This document shows positions 13,056 to 26,165 of a stretch of 64,000 nucleotides of DNA, in pieces. The notes under the pieces were generated by a model, which did not search any database, was not told the DNA's origin, and worked only from the letters and a program-made list of their open reading frames with translations. The position numbers were made by a program, and so were the translations under genes. The DNA comes from Eledone cirrhosa (lineage: Eukaryota). Where the stretch lies: positions 316,510,001 through 316,574,000 of the forward strand of contig OZ024741.1 of NCBI GenBank assembly GCA_964016885.1, in the 5' to 3' direction. Each line of letters starts with the position of its first letter. Position 1 is the stretch's first letter.

Positions 13056-13801
13056 TACTGTAGTAAAAGTTTGGTAACAATGTCCAAGGGTAAGAGCACT
13101 CAGTCCATAGGACGAATTTGTGTGTGCGCGCGCGCGTGTGTGTGTGTGTGTGTGCCAGATTCTGGAGCCGGATCGAGATATTGATTTTTTTTTTCCATAA
13201 AAAAAAAACTGTCAATTTTAGCCCAAACACCCTGTAAACTATCAGAGGGTTGGTAGATTGAAATTCTTAGAAAATGCAGAAATCTCAAACGCAGAAAATA
13301 TCTGTAACCACAGTCGATTGCTATAAATAATAACTTAGAAAATCTAGTAAGAATGCCCCTACAGACGGAAAAAAGGGGAACAGTAGCCGCTACTGTATGT
13401 ATGTGCTCATTTGCTCTTAATATTATTCTGAAATGGACGTACTAATTTTCATATAAGATATATAGTAAGAAGTATATATTCGACACACACTTTCAATTAT
13501 ATATCAATAAATATGTGAGTCTATGGCCTTGGTATATAACCAGTGTATATGTACCCAGATAAATTGATGTATATTGATCAGACGGTCGATATATAAACAA
13601 ATTCAATAAACACTGCATTGTGCAACTGGTTTTGTTACAGTTGAATCTAACAATAGTGTAACCCCCCTTCACCTGTAAGTGTGTGTGCGTGTGTATGCGT
13701 GTGTGCGCGTGTGAATGAGTGTATGGATGAGTTAATGTATCTATGTACCTATTTATGAGATTGTTGTATGTGTATACGATACGAATGCATCTGGATATGA
13801 C

Positions 13802-14099
<298 letters not shown>

Positions 14100-14113
14100 G
14101 TGTATATATATAT

Positions 14114-14285
14114 GAAGGCGCGTGGCCGATTCTCGGACCAGGCGATGCGTTATGTCCTTGAGCAAGACACTTTATTTCACGTTGCTCCTTCTACCTGGAG
14201 TTGCGACCGATAGAGAGTATTAGCAATTGGAAAGACCAACGGAAACATTGTTGACTCGGTCCGATTTGACGAAAGTCGATCGACT
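14114..14285 (+). mobile_element. SINE family 2 variant, internally deleted
   Basis: TCCTTGAGCAAGACACTTTATTTCAC core; ttggaaagaccaacggaaacattg tail also near 18530 (-), 25965 and 28505 (-). Confidence 0.6.
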
Positions 14286-14326
14286 TATATATATATATAC
14301 ATACATGTATACATGTACGTTTATAT

Positions 14327-14359
<33 letters not shown>

Positions 14360-14405
14360 ATATATATATACAGTATATACATACATACAAGTATATATCT
14401 ACATT

Positions 14406-14442
<37 letters not shown>

Positions 14443-14881
14443 TATATATATATATGTGTGTATGTGGGGGGGGGGGGGGTAAATATATATATACATACAT
14501 ACATACACATTGTGAAGGTGTGGTTAAAGATTAAACACAGCTGGTTAAATCTCTTGTTGATAAAACTTGCAAAGATGTTGTTGTGTGAGGCGACATATTG
14601 TTATTTTTATTGTTGTCGCTGTCTTTGATGTTTACTATGAGGTAGTTTATGTGTATAAAAGATCGTGGGAGTGGAGTATTTTAACAGTAAATCGAATCAC
14701 TGATTTAGTGGCGATTTATTGATCAGTTTAGTTTACCCGTTCGTATTTTCATATGTTTAAGTAGTAGGTTGTTCAATAGACTTTTGTTCGTAATCAAGCT
14801 TTATGTGAGAAATTGGTGAGGCGAGGTCTTGCCTCACAGTGTGTCATACAGTCTTCCTAAAAATTGCCTCGAATACTTGTT

Positions 14882-16690
14882 TCTGTGGAATATTCAACCA
14901 CTTACTATATAATATATAATGAAATTACCTGTAATACACATGTCTGTGAAATACCCAATCACTTACTTTATAATATATAATGAAATTACCTGTAATACAC
15001 GTGTCTGTGAAATACCCAATCACTTACTTTATAATATATAATGAAATTACCTGTAATACACGTGTCTGTGAAATATTCAATCACTTACTTTATAATATAT
15101 AATGAAATTACCTGTAATACACGTGTCTGTGAAATATTCAATCACTTACTTTATAATATATAATGAAATTACCTGTAATACACGTGTCTGTGAAATACCC
15201 AATCACTTACTTTATAATATATAATGAAATTACCTGTAATACACGTGTCTGTGAAATATTCAATCACTTACTTTATAATATATAATGAAATTACCTGTAA
15301 TACACGTGTCTGTGAAATACCCAATCACTTACTTTATAATATACTAGCAGTAAAGCCCGGCGTTGCTCGGGGTCGCTCAGGAGCTGTGTTAAAGTTTCAA
15401 TGTTAAGTTTCTTTATTGGCTTAAAAACTGTAGTGTCTACTGTGCAGACTTGCATGTGGTGTTTTTGATTAATATTCCCTCAACCAACAATATGCCTTAT
15501 GAAGTTAAGAAAACATAACGATAACCCGAATGTTATAACAAAATAGGATGCTGGGGATAGAAACTGCACTGGTTATTTATTAACAAAGATCGAAAATGTA
15601 AACACTGCAACGCAGAGAAAAATATTAGCGTAACCAAATTATCAGTTATGTCTGTCTGCACGCCTATATCACCTCTCTGCACGACTGTCTGTCTGCACGC
15701 CTATATCACCTCTCTGCACGACTGTCTGTCTGCACGCCTATATCATCTGTCTGCACGACTGTCTGTCTGCACGCCTAACGACGAAATATTTGCTTGTTTT
15801 ACGTAGTCTTTAAATAGACTTGTTTTCAAGTAAAAATATTGTTTTAAAATGCTTTTAAATAGAAATGAAGCAAAACGGGGTCGCTCAGTAGCTGTGTTAA
15901 AGTTACAATGTTAAGTTTCTTTTTTGGCTTAAAAACTGTAGTGTCTACTGTGCAGACTTGCATGTGGTGTTTTTGATTAATATTCCCTCAACCAACAATA
16001 TGCCTTATGAAGTTAAGAAAACATAACGATAACCCGAATGTTATAACAAAAGAGGATGCTGGGGATAAAAACTGCACTGGTTATTTATTAACAAAGACTG
16101 AGAAAGCCAGCGTAATGTTTTACGTAAGACGCTCAATGTAAACAGAACAAAGGGAAATAACTGATAACTTACGCTCAATAATCGATACATTATATTCGAT
16201 TTCGTCACATAGGGTGGGTGAATTTGAAATTTTTTTTTTCCGATGTCTTCGCTAGGGCTCAATGTACAAGTATAGCAATTTCGGTGCAATTCTGTGAGAG
16301 ATTCTAAGAGGAGATGTGTGCCAAAAATCGATAGACAGACAGACAACCACAGTTTTATATATATAGATAATGAAATTACCTGTAATACACGTGTCTGTGA
16401 AATATTCAATCACTTACTTTATAATATATAATGAAATTACCTGTAATACACGTGTCTGTGAAATACCCAATCACTTACTTTATAATATATAATGAAATTA
16501 CCTGTAATACACGTGTCTGTGAAATATTCAATCACTTACTTTATAATATATAATGAAATTACCTGTAATACACGTGTCTGTGAAATACCCAATCACTTAC
16601 TTTATAATATATAATGAAATTACCTGTAATACACGTGTCTGTGAAATATTCAATCACTTACTTTATAATATATAATGAAATTACCTGCAA
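14882..16690. repeat. 61-bp minisatellite, about 13 units, split by a Helitron
   Basis: Unit ataatgaaattacctgtaatacacgtgtctgtgaaata(cc/tt)caatcacttactttataatat at 14882-15343 and 16368-16690. Confidence 0.95.
15344..16367 (-). mobile_element. Non-autonomous Helitron, 1024 bp
   Basis: Minus strand 5'-TC...CCCGAGCAACGCCGGG hairpin...CTAG-3'. Inserted between A and T with no TSD; flanks rejoin to an exact 61-bp unit. Confidence 0.9.
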
Positions 16691-17206
16691 TTCAAAGGAC
16701 AGGATCTATTAGACACCCATGTCACACTAAGTCTCCCTGAGATTATATCAAGTTTAAAAGTATACCGTGGTTTACTTAGCTACTTACACTACTTATAGAT
16801 TCAAAATGGAAGTATCTGTAAATTCAAAGATCCAGCACAATCATGTACTGTTTTAACGCTGAGCCTCCCTGAGAATTACACTAACAAACAATGCAGTTGG
16901 TTGAGAAACAGCTAGTCACTTATACTATATATCACAATGAGTAGGTAGGTCCGAACAACTGGAGTAAGTATTGGCAAAACCGAAGCGGAGATCCATCAAC
17001 ATCATCATCGTCATCATTGTTAACACTATCATCGACGCCATTGTCATTATCATCAGCATCCTCATCAATATCATCATTGTCATCACCATCTTATTCATGC
17101 TGCTCAGCGTTCTAAAATAGATGACAAACCACTTACTTAGATTGGTAGTAAGAATAAATCTACAAGGTGTTGTAATGTACATGTATATAGATGTGCCATA
17201 AACTTT

Positions 17207-17240
<34 letters not shown>

Positions 17241-17249
17241 TGTATGTAT

Positions 17250-17758
17250 GTCAGGTCGGTCTCGAGTGCTACTGGTAACATGTAACCCAGTACAACCTGT
17301 CTCATGGTCGGGTCGTCAGCGACTAAACCGGCAACCCCACCAAGCTTGCTTGGTGAGGAGGGTGATATTTGCACACCCTGCGGGATGAAATGCAAGACCC
17401 GGCAAAGGGCCGAGGAACTCGGCAGAGTCAACGGCCATCCAAATAGTACTTTTCTTCTATCCCCACCCCCACCCCGCTGGGCGTGAAAGGCCCCCAGTTG
17501 CTGTCACCATACCTTTCTAACAGAGGGAATCTCTGAAGAAAGAAACCTGCAGCTTCAGAAACATCCGATGATGTTGACCAGTTCTCTTTTTCCGGTTGTC
17601 GATCGGTGGGATTGGTCGAGTGCAAGGCCTTTCCCCACTTAAAAACCTTCAAAGCACAGGCATTACAGGTTCGTGTGACTGGCCCTAGCCTAAAAGTGCA
17701 CCATTTTCTGTAATCTGACAAGCGATTGCAATACTCTTAGCAGGGTTTGCAGCCATCA
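17250..17758 (+). repeat. Dispersed repeat inside (TATG)n, homologous to 33880-34160; possibly an RTE-type 5' UTR derivative
   Basis: Shared blocks aaacctgc.gc, ccgatgatgttga, gtgggattgg and gcacaggcattaca. Confidence 0.5.
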
Positions 17759-18017
17759 TGTATGTATGTATGTATGTTTGCGAGTATATGTGTATGCATA
17801 TGTGTATGTATATAGTTGAATTGTATTTCGTTAAAGTACAAAGAAGAATTGCAATTAAAGTAAGGTAGCAAATACATCAAGTATCCTCTTTAGTACTGTA
17901 AAGGTCACTTCTCAGACTGACTAAAGACACACGTGCTTTCCTTCAGTAAAAATATTTTCTTCCGTTTATTCATTTTCTTGCTCTCATCTCTCCTATTTCT
18001 TATATTTCCCAGTCTTC

Positions 18018-18051
18018 CTTCTGATGAAGGACTAACGTCCGAAAGATTAAG
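18018..18051 (+). ncRNA. Minimal type I hammerhead (PLE 3' UTR remnant)
   Basis: CTT-CTGATGA-A-GGAC-taac-GTCC-GAAA-GA-TT-AAG; same family as 58660-58693. Confidence 0.7.
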
Positions 18052-18609
18052 CCGCTTTTCCTACTGCATTAAGCATCAAACTACTATATATCATCATTGT
18101 ACGGTATTGTTCTCCTGTATGGCTTCTCCTCGTTGACCTTTGGCATAAATATATGAATATATACATACACACACAGAGAGCGACATGCACAGGCGGTCAG
18201 CCAAACTGTCAACAACTGACCCATTTGATCGCCTTCGAGTCAAAAACCCTTTTTTCTCTGCTGTTTCTCCTTATAGCCTCTTGGGTTGTGTTTACCATTA
18301 TTCCTTTATTATATTTCTATTATGCATATAGAACCGGATGATGTCGCCAGGATCCTACGTAACATGGCCACTGAATTGTACATAGAGTTTACAGAAATAA
18401 AACTTTGAAGGAATTTTACCAGTACGGCGTCCTCTCATTTTACTCAATAATATTGATAGTCGATCGACAAGACCCCAGACCCCATTCAGCTAACGAGTGA
18501 TGGTGGAGCTCGTCAAATCAGACCAAGAAAACAATGTTTCCATTGGTCTTTCCAACTGCTAATACTATCTGTCGGTCGTAACTCCAGGCAGGATAACACA
18601 CACACACAT

Positions 18610-18640
18610 ATATATATACATAGATATATGTATATATATA

Positions 18641-18713
<73 letters not shown>

Positions 18714-18716
18714 TTA

Positions 18717-18803
<87 letters not shown>

Positions 18804-18836
18804 ATATATGTATATATATGTATATATATATATATG

Positions 18837-18881
<45 letters not shown>

Positions 18882-18942
18882 GTATATATATATATATATG
18901 TATATATGTATATATATATATATGTATATATGTATATATGTA

Positions 18943-18975
<33 letters not shown>

Positions 18976-19070
18976 ATATATATGTACATATATATATGTA
19001 TATATATATATATGTATATATATATATGTATATATATATATATGTGTATATATATATATATATGTATATG

Positions 19071-19101
<31 letters not shown>

Positions 19102-19262
19102 GTATATATATAAATATATATATGTATAAATATATATATGTATAAATATATATATGTATATATATATATGTATAAATATATATATGTATAAATATATATA
19201 AGTATATATATATATGTATATATATATATATGTATATATATATATGTATAAATATATATATG

Positions 19263-19311
<49 letters not shown>

Positions 19312-19330
19312 GTATAAATATATATATGTA
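18610..19330. repeat. Imperfect (TA)n/(TATATG) array, about 720 bp
   Basis: Direct inspection. Confidence 0.95.
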
Positions 19331-19596
19331 AACGGAAAAAATGAAACGAAATTTCATTTCTCACTCTTAGTACGGCTGTTACTTAAATATAAGTATGCAC
19401 ACGTACATACATATATGTATACAGACGTACAGTAGTATGTATATATATATACATACATGCACACATATATATATGTACGTATGGATTCACCGAACATTTA
19501 TTATAATGCTCGGTGTGTTTGTAAACAAACATCCCGTATTAAGCCGTAGTGTCTAACAACCATCGTTGCTCGTTTGTTCAACACTGACAAAGGAAC

Positions 19597-19635
19597 GCTG
19601 TACTAGTTTCAAGCTTATTAGCTATCGTCAGCAAC
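19597..19635 (-). ncRNA. Minimal type I hammerhead ribozyme
   Basis: GTTG-CTGACGA-T-AGCT-aata-AGCT-T-GAAA-CTAG-TA-CAGC; palindrome ACTAGT. Confidence 0.8.
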
Positions 19636-20020
19636 GTATACCTTCCTGCCAGATTGTTGAATGTATATACCTACCTTATGCATATTAACGACTGAGTAGC
19701 CCAATTTGCATATCGAGTGGGTTAATCGGCTGAGTGCACCGAAAACGATAAACGGAAAAAATGAAACGAATTTTCATTTCCCAGTCTTAGTACGGCTGTT
19801 ACTTAAATATAAGTATGTACACGTACATACATATATGTATACAGACGTACAGTAGTATGTATATATATATATATACATACATGCACACATATATATATGT
19901 ACGTATGGATTCACCGAACATTTATTATAATGCTCGGCGTGTTTGTAAACAAACATCCCGTATTAAGTCGTAGTGTCTAGCAACCATCGCTGCTCGTTTG
20001 TTCAACACTGACAAAGGAAC

Positions 20021-20058
20021 GCTGTACTAGTTTCAAGCTTATTAGCTACGCCAGCAAC
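20021..20058 (-). ncRNA. Hammerhead copy with broken core (CTGGCG-)
   Basis: GTTG-CTGGCG-TAGCTAATAAGCTT-GAAA-CTAG-TA-CAGC. Confidence 0.65.
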
Positions 20059-20441
20059 GTATACCTTCCTGCCAGATTGTTGAACGTATATACTTACCTT
20101 ATGCATATTAACGGCTGAGCAACCCAATCTGCATATCGAGTGGGTTAATCGGCTGAGTTCACCGAAAACGATAAACGGAAAAAATGAAACGAAATTTCAT
20201 TTCCCAGTCTTAGTACGGCTGTTACTTAAATATAAGTATGTACACGTACATACATATATGTATACAGACGTACAGTAGTATGTATATATATATACATAGA
20301 TGCACATATATATATATATGTACGTATGGATTCACCGAACATTTATTATAATGCTCGGTGTGTTTGTAAACAAACATCCCGTATTAAGCCGTAGTGTCTA
20401 GCAACCATCGTTGCTCGTTTGTTCAACACTGACAAAGGAAC

Positions 20442-20480
20442 GCTGTACTAGTTTCAAGCTTATTAGCTATCGTCAGCAAC
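20442..20480 (-). ncRNA. Minimal type I hammerhead ribozyme
   Basis: Identical to 19597-19635. Confidence 0.8.
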
Positions 20481-20523
20481 TTATACCTTCCTGCCAGATT
20501 GTTGAACGTATATACTTACCTTA

Positions 20524-20992
20524 TGCATTTTGAGATTTCCAATAATTATGTAATAATTATGAAACTCGAGCATCGGATTCATCAGGAGATTTGCTCTGAT
20601 CTAGACACTAAATTTTCCAAAGTGATCGCGCCAAGAATTCATTCAAAATAGCTAAGAATCGTGACGTAGTAGCGGTTAGGTTGGAAATCTCAAAATGCGG
20701 ACGAAACCATGGTAGAGGTATTTAAATGTATTCTATTTTCTCCTAGTTTATTTTACACCTAATTCTGTTTAATTGACTGTATCTGGGCGATTACGCTGTC
20801 GAAATATTCGATAAATATTTCGTTGCGGCCGACGCGAAGGGCTAGTTTCGGTTATTTGCTGGAGATTTCTTCATAGAAGCCTCATTCTTATGGCCTGGTC
20901 TATTCGATTTTTTATATAGCTAATTATGCTAATTGGGAGAGGAAATGGTATATATTTTATCTTATGATTCTATAGACATGTTTTATGATATA
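20524..20992. mobile_element. Internally inverted copy of the 21130-21682 element
   Basis: 20524-20686 is the reverse complement of about 21232-21393; 20681-20992 is a direct copy of about 21376-21685; junction microhomology TTGGAA. Confidence 0.85.
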
Positions 20993-21066
20993 TAGCTCTG
21001 ATTATTTAATTTATTAAATTTTCATTGAGCCACAAAGTGACCCGTTGCAAAACACGTATATGTATG

Positions 21067-21127
<61 letters not shown>

Positions 21128-21129
21128 TT

Positions 21130-21808
<679 letters not shown>

Positions 21809-21845
21809 GTATATATATATGTATATATATATGTATATATATATG

Positions 21846-21919
<74 letters not shown>

Positions 21920-22072
21920 TATTGTTATACTTTGGGAGGGTCATGTTGCCAATAAGAAACACACGCACCAGTTGCTTTCACTTCAATTTATTATAATAAA
22001 TTTATAAATTTAGGAATTTATAAATTTCCGGTTGGTTAGTTGGTTCCGCAACCAGATGGTTGTTTATATATT

Positions 22073-22114
22073 GTCAAAGTTCTTCGTCACACATTCTGTG
22101 ACCTCTTCAGTGAC
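22073..22114 (-). ncRNA. Hammerhead of left PLE arm, one core A deleted
   Basis: GTCA-CTGAAGA-GGTCACAgaatgTGTGAC-GAAGAACTT-TGAC (GAAA reduced to GAA). Confidence 0.65.
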
Positions 22115-22315
22115 TGGGGATTCTTTTCTTTGTTTTTGTGCATCTCCTTTGTTCTGTCCTACGCCATTTTGTTTCTGTGTGTGTGTTGTGTGCTCAGTCT
22201 GCGCATGCGCCACATCCGGGTGTCTGTGTGTGTTTATATTCGTTTATTTATTTGTTTATTTACATGTTACAGGTTGGTTGTTTGTTCTATGTGCGTGTGT
22301 GTTTTCATTTTGTCC

Positions 22316-23734
22316 TTAATTGTAAGTTGTGATGTTGCTGTTCCACTCATATTTTCTATTTAATTTTGGTTGTAATTCTTTTATGTTTATTGCCTCTGTG
22401 ATGTGTCTAAACATTGCGTCTTTTCTGTGTGTAGATTCTATTTTTATTTCTATGTTCTCTAATTTACCCTTATGTTCTATTTTAGCATGTTGGTAGAATA
22501 CAGATGATTCTTTACTATCTTGAAGGTCTCGCCAGTGTTCATTTATCCGTTCCCCTACACTATATGTACACTATATTTTTGTCTCTACATTGTCCTTCAG
22601 TACATCTTATGCTATATACTACATTTCTAATTTTACAGTTAATATAGGGACTTAATTTACAGGTTATACATTTCTTATCTATACAGGGGGGTCTTTGAAA
22701 AGGGTATGTCTTGCTAATAAGTGTTTTTACGGAGGTACCTGGTCTTTCTACTATCTTAATATTGAGTTTATGTTTATCTAGGGCCCTTCTAAATTTGTAA
22801 GCTAATTCACCTCTAGGGGTTGTATCGATGAACATTACACACTGGTATTTATTGCTATCATACCATGAGTTTATTCTATTAGCCTTATTCCTAGTTCTTT
22901 CTATTCTATTCCAAAATTTGCTCCTATACAAGGGGCAGGTCCCATTTGTGTCATTATTTACCATTTTTTCCCATTTGGTTCTGGCTCCTCTATACACTCT
23001 GATTTTATCTCTCTGATTGTAACCAGAGAACTGCATACGGTGGATGAAGTGTTGTATGTGTCTCTCTAGTTCTTCGGGGTTGCACATGCGGGACACATTT
23101 CTCATCACCCGTACCAAATCCGCAATCAGTATGTTGATTTTGGTATGGTCCGAAATGGCCGAGTTTCGGTGGATCAGATGTTTGGAAGTCATGGGTTTGC
23201 ATAATGGGAATGGAGGATTTGTTTTTTGTTATTAATGGTATCTAACCAGAGCTCTGTGTCTAGTACAGGTAATCGATGGTTGGGGTGTCTACTTGGGTAG
23301 TCTATAGTAACTCTAATCCTCTGGTGGATGGAGTTAGCTATTTGCTGGATGCTTTCCATTGTGTTTTTCTCTAGTTCCTGACTGTTCTTTAGTGGGGGTG
23401 TCTTAACTACGATGTTTATATCATCAACGTAGCGGGAGTACATTATCAGGGTTAAGGGGTCTTCTAATTGTTCTTTAAGTTTAAGTTTAAGTCTACTGTC
23501 CCACCATACCATGAATAAGTTAGCTATGTCGCCTGCAATGCTAACACCAATGGCTGCTCCTTCCTCTTGGGCATATGTTTTTCCATTAAATTTGAACATA
23601 TGTTCCTTAAGAGTTAATTTTATGCTGGCCCCTACCGCATGTGCAATCATTTTCTTCAGTTCATCGTGGTTTTCGGGTGTCCGTATGGCTCTGGTCCACC
23701 CGTTCCATCTATCTGTGTGGGTTTTCTTGGCCAT
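22316..23734 (-). pseudogene. PLE RT C-half plus GIY-YIG endonuclease (left arm)
   Basis: GAAIGVSIAGDIANLFM, YSRYVDD, DYPS..LPVLD, CIDKKCITC, VVYSIRC; frameshift near 23190; 14-bp deletion at YIG. Confidence 0.9.
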
Positions 23735-24911
23735 TAAAGAACAATTAGAAGACCTCTTAACCCTGATAATGTACTCCCGCTACGTTGATGATATAAACAT
23801 CGTAGTTAAAACACCCCCACTAGAGAACAGTCAGGAATTAGAGAAAAACACAATGGAAAGCATCCAGCAAATAGCTAACTCCATCCACCAGAGTAATTAG
23901 AGTTACTATAGAATACCCAAGTAAACACCCCAACCATCGATTACCTGTACTTGACACAGAGCTCTGGTTAGATACCATTAATAACAAAAAACAAATCCTC
24001 TATTCCCATTATGCCAAACCCATGACTTCCAAATATCCGATCCACCGAAACTCAGCTGTTTCGGACCATACCAAAATCAACATACTGATTGCGGATTTGG
24101 TACGGGTGATGAGAAACGTGTCCCGCATGTGCAATCCCGAAGAACTAGAGAGACACATACAACACTTCATCCACCGTATGCAGTTCTCTGGTTACAACCA
24201 GAGAGATAAAATCAGAGTGTATAGAGGAGCCAGAACCAAATGGGAAAAAATGGTAAATAATGACACAAATGGGACCTGCCCCTTGTATAGGAGCAAATTT
24301 TGGAATAGAATAGAAAGAACTAGGAATAAGGCTAATAGAATAAACTCATGGTATGATAGCAATAAATACCAGTGTGTAATGTTCATCGATACAACCCCTA
24401 GAGTTGAATTAGCTTACAAATTTAGAAGGGCCCTAGATAAACATAAACTCAATATTAAGATAGTAGAAAGACCAGGTACCTCCGTAAAAACACTTATTAG
24501 CAAGACATACCCTTTTCAAAGACCCCCCTGTATAGATAAGAAATGTATAACCTGTAAATTAAGCCCCTATATTAACTGTAAAATTAGAAATGTAGTATAT
24601 AGCATAAGATGTACTGAAGGACAATGTAGAGACAAAAATATAGTGTACATAGGTGAGACAGCTCGTAGTGTAGGGGAACGGATAAATGAACACTGGCGAG
24701 ACCTTCAAGATAGTAAAGAATCATCTGTACTCTACCAACATGCTAAAATAGAACATAAGGGTAAATTAGAGAATATAGAAATAAAAATAGAATCTACACA
24801 CAGAAAAGATGTAATGTTTAGACAAATCACAGAGGCAATAAACATAAAAGAATTACAACCAAATTAAATAGAAAATATGAGTGGAACAGCAACATCACAA
24901 CTTACAATTAA
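23735..24911 (+). pseudogene. PLE RT C-terminus plus GIY-YIG endonuclease (right arm)
   Basis: YSRYVDD; VVYSIRCTEGQC..VYIGETARSVGERINEH..LYQH..RQITEA; frameshifts near 23894 and 24862. Confidence 0.9.
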
Positions 24912-25112
24912 GGACAAAATGAAAACACACACGCACATAGAACAAACAACCAACCTGTAACATGTAAATAAACAAATAAATAAACGAATATAAACACACA
25001 CAGACACCCGGATGTGGCGCATGCGCAGACTGAGCACACAACACACACACAGAAACAAAATGGCGTCGGACAGAACAAAGGAGAGGCACAAAAACAAAGA
25101 AAAGAATCCCCA

Positions 25113-25155
25113 GTCACTGAAGAGGTCACAGAATGTGTGACGAAAGAACTTTGAC
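25113..25155 (+). ncRNA. Minimal type I hammerhead in PLE 3' UTR (pLTR)
   Basis: GTCA-CTGAAGA-G-GTCACA-gaatg-TGTGAC-GAAA-G-aa-C-TT-TGAC. Confidence 0.8.
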
Positions 25156-25301
25156 AATATATAAACAACCATCTGGTTGTGGAACCAACCAACCAACCGG
25201 AAATTTATAAATTCCTAAATTTATAAATTTATTATAATAAATTGAAGTGAAAGCAACTGGTGCGTGTGTTTCTTATTGGCAACACGACCCTCCCAAAGTA
25301 T

Positions 25302-25337
<36 letters not shown>

Positions 25338-25371
25338 GGAATGTAGAGCAGTGACTCACGAGTTGATATAT

Positions 25372-25907
25372 TTATAAAATAGTAAAAAAGAGAAAAAAAA
25401 TAGTAGAAAAGCTAAAGGGATTTTCTCGTAGAATAACATCAAAATATTTATTTACAAAATAGGGATTTCCGCATTAATTGTACCGGTTTCATCTTATATG
25501 CTTTTTCAACGACGGACGTGTATAATGCAATTAAATTGTATATTAATATGAATAATAAAAATGTGGGGGAACAAATTTCTTTTTACATACATATTTAGAG
25601 AGAAAAGTTCACATTTTTGCCTGTAGTTTTCATTTTTTCTTTCTTTACTAGGGGCAACAGGCTAAACAGAACTGATTCTTCCCTGCTACTACCACTGTTA
25701 GTAAGGCTATGGTCAGCTCTAGTAGAGAAAGAAATTATTATTCTTATTAATATGCAATTTAATTGCATTATACACTTCCGTCGTTGAAAAAACGTATTAG
25801 CTGAAACCCGTACAATTAATGCGGAAATTCCTATTTTGTTAATAAATGTTTTGATGTTATTCTGAGAGAAAATTCCATTAGCATTTCTACTGTTTTTTCT
25901 TTTTTAC

Positions 25908-25915
<8 letters not shown>
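25372..25915. mobile_element. Older fold-back element with ~185-bp diverged inverted arms ending in TA-rich tracts
   Basis: 25372-25557 versus 25733-25915; degenerate HHR-like GAAA-CCGG-TA-CAA in the arms. Confidence 0.75.
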
Positions 25916-25943
<28 letters not shown>

Positions 25944-26089
25944 TGCCAGGTAGATAGAATCAGCAATGGAAAAACCAATGGAAACATTATTTCCTTGATC
26001 CGATTTGACGACTTCCACCCCCATTCGGTAAGTGAATGAGGTCTCGAATTCTATGCTATATATATATATATATATATATATACACGCAT

Positions 26090-26160
<71 letters not shown>

Positions 26161-26165
<5 letters not shown>

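Larger units (their letters stand above)
19331..20527 (-). mobile_element. Tandem trimer (~422-bp unit), each unit with a minimal hammerhead; retrozyme-like or non-autonomous PLE
   Basis: Units start near 19331, 19751 and 20174; HHRs spaced 424 and 421 bp; no ORF; 3' end runs into (TA)n. Confidence 0.85.
21922..25306. mobile_element. Penelope-like retroelement (Naiad-like): two 5'-truncated copies head-to-head forming a 3.4-kb palindrome in (TA)n
   Basis: Arms at 21922-~23478 and 23734-25306 with ~255-bp spacer of minus-strand RT sequence; both ends terminate ...CCCAAAGTATAACAA-(TA)n. Confidence 0.92.

Noticed and set aside
14882-16690. CRISPR-like regular repeats
   Set aside because: Units are contiguous with no unique spacers, there are no cas genes, and the context is eukaryotic.
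21922-25306. Selenoprotein-encoding PLE (in-frame UGA plus SECIS), as known for some Naiads
   Set aside because: No in-frame TGA at Cys positions in the retained region; breaks are frameshifts; no SECIS recognised by eye. The missing N-terminal half cannot be judged.
21922-25306. DNA transposon with long TIRs and TA TSD
   Set aside because: The inverted arms are RT/GIY-YIG coding sequence plus 3' UTR, the spacer is contiguous RT sequence, and there is no transposase.
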